The position numbers and the translations under genes were made by a program. 36,787 nt of DNA from Octopus bimaculoides (taxonomy: Eukaryota): the NCBI RefSeq assembly GCF_001194135.2, contig NC_068999.1, positions 39,815,007-39,851,793 on the forward strand. The letters run 5' to 3'. Of the stretch, positions 35,542 to 36,787 are shown one piece after another (within the stretch, counting starts at the first letter, position 1; every line of letters begins with the position of its first letter). The notes under the pieces were generated by a model that saw only the letters and a program-made list of their open reading frames with translations, had not been told where the DNA came from and made no database searches.

Positions 35542-36672
35542 TAATGGCATTAATTTTGAAGATGGCATTTCGTGTAAATTCAATGAATATTCTCCCACAC
35601 CAAGCATGTGTTTGTTCATGTGAATTGTCTATGTATGTAGGTATGTACGTATGTATACAAGTATATGTACGCCAGCAGGCATGTTTATATGTACAAAAGT
35701 AAAAGCTAACTAGAATCAGGCGCAATCATGTATATAATTCATCAATTGGTATTTGGTGGTCGTGCTGATAAAATTCTTATGACAGTTAATACTAATTTCT
35801 GTGAAAATTTTAGCTTCCCGGGAATAGGCACGGAACGAGTCTTACAAATATATGCAGCAGCTTAATAAGCTGTGTATTTGAATATGCCGGTAGACAGTAA
35901 TTACAGACCTGATAAGCTGGTTGAGTGTATTGGCAGCAGTGGAAGAACACAGGCCCAGGGAATTCTAGATGAAAAAAATGTAATTTCTCACCAGGAAGAC
36001 ACGTTTGCAAATTGATCGCAAACATCGCTAGATGCTACGGTAGCGCACACATAATTTTCCTCTTTGTAATATAGGTTGATAAAAACTTTGGAGCTATTGT
36101 CAACGTTTATTAGACATTGTTTTAGTAATTTTTGCAAAGGGAGAGTTAGAATTGAAATTGTACAAGAGAAACAGAAGGGAAAAATAGATAGAAAGAAATA
36201 TTGAGAACGATACATAAAGACAGAAAAGGTAGATAGATACAATGTGATATTGAGTAATAAATGAAGAATATAATATTTTAGAGAGATTTGAATGGGAAAG
36301 CGAATAATCTACGGGGCAGATGGGTGGAGGTTGAAAAATAAAAAGTCCAAATTAGCTTACGGTAGAATAGGTTTATGGTAATTACTTGCCACAAGATAAT
36401 AACACTGTAAACAGTTTCCGTGTGAAGTTACCTTAATTATCTGATGTGTTGAGCACAGAGAATGGTATTACATACAAGGGTGAAATTATCTGATAATTAC
36501 TGTTCTCATCTTAACCCCGTTCAGGCGATATATGTTTTCTAAATTTGATTATCATTATGGAATGCATTACTAAAGTACATAAAAAAGAAGCATTCAAAGA
36601 CATAAAAACATTCATGCTAACACATAGGATTACGCAGATATCACCCACACTCTCAAACACAACTGTTTGAGA

Positions 36673-36787
36673 GTGTGTGTGTGTATATATATACATCTAT
36701 CTATCTATCTATCTATCTATATATATATATATATATATCTTTATAAATATACCTATATATGCATAGGTGTAAACATATGTATATATA
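36673..36787. repeat. Compound (GT)n/(TA)n/(TCTA)n tract
   Basis: Directly visible. Confidence 0.85.

Overview
AT-rich, microsatellite-dense eukaryotic DNA, most likely from an octopus. That taxon call is an inference from repeat families I recall as Octopus tRNA-derived SINEs and an Octopus Penelope-like repeat. Eight N-gaps (3207 bp) are bordered almost entirely by dinucleotide repeats. I could not identify any protein-coding gene; the long ORFs in the supplied track come from microsatellites and N-runs. The identifiable content is transposon debris: eight copies of one tRNA-type SINE family, two other SINE types, an R4/Dong-clade RT fragment (FMDD motif), an RTE-clade 3' end, a heavily decayed ~2.8 kb L1/Tx1-like ORF2, a possible Tc1 N-terminal relic and a Penelope-like terminal repeat. 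The most notable signal is a near-intact minimal type I hammerhead ribozyme motif in the Penelope-like repeat (34645-34688), with weaker hammerhead-like relics elsewhere. Also notable are a retroelement nest inside a (TAA)n tract (11915-12890) and several unverified splice-flanked exon or microexon candidates. The window looks intronic or intergenic, and nothing here establishes a new biological system.
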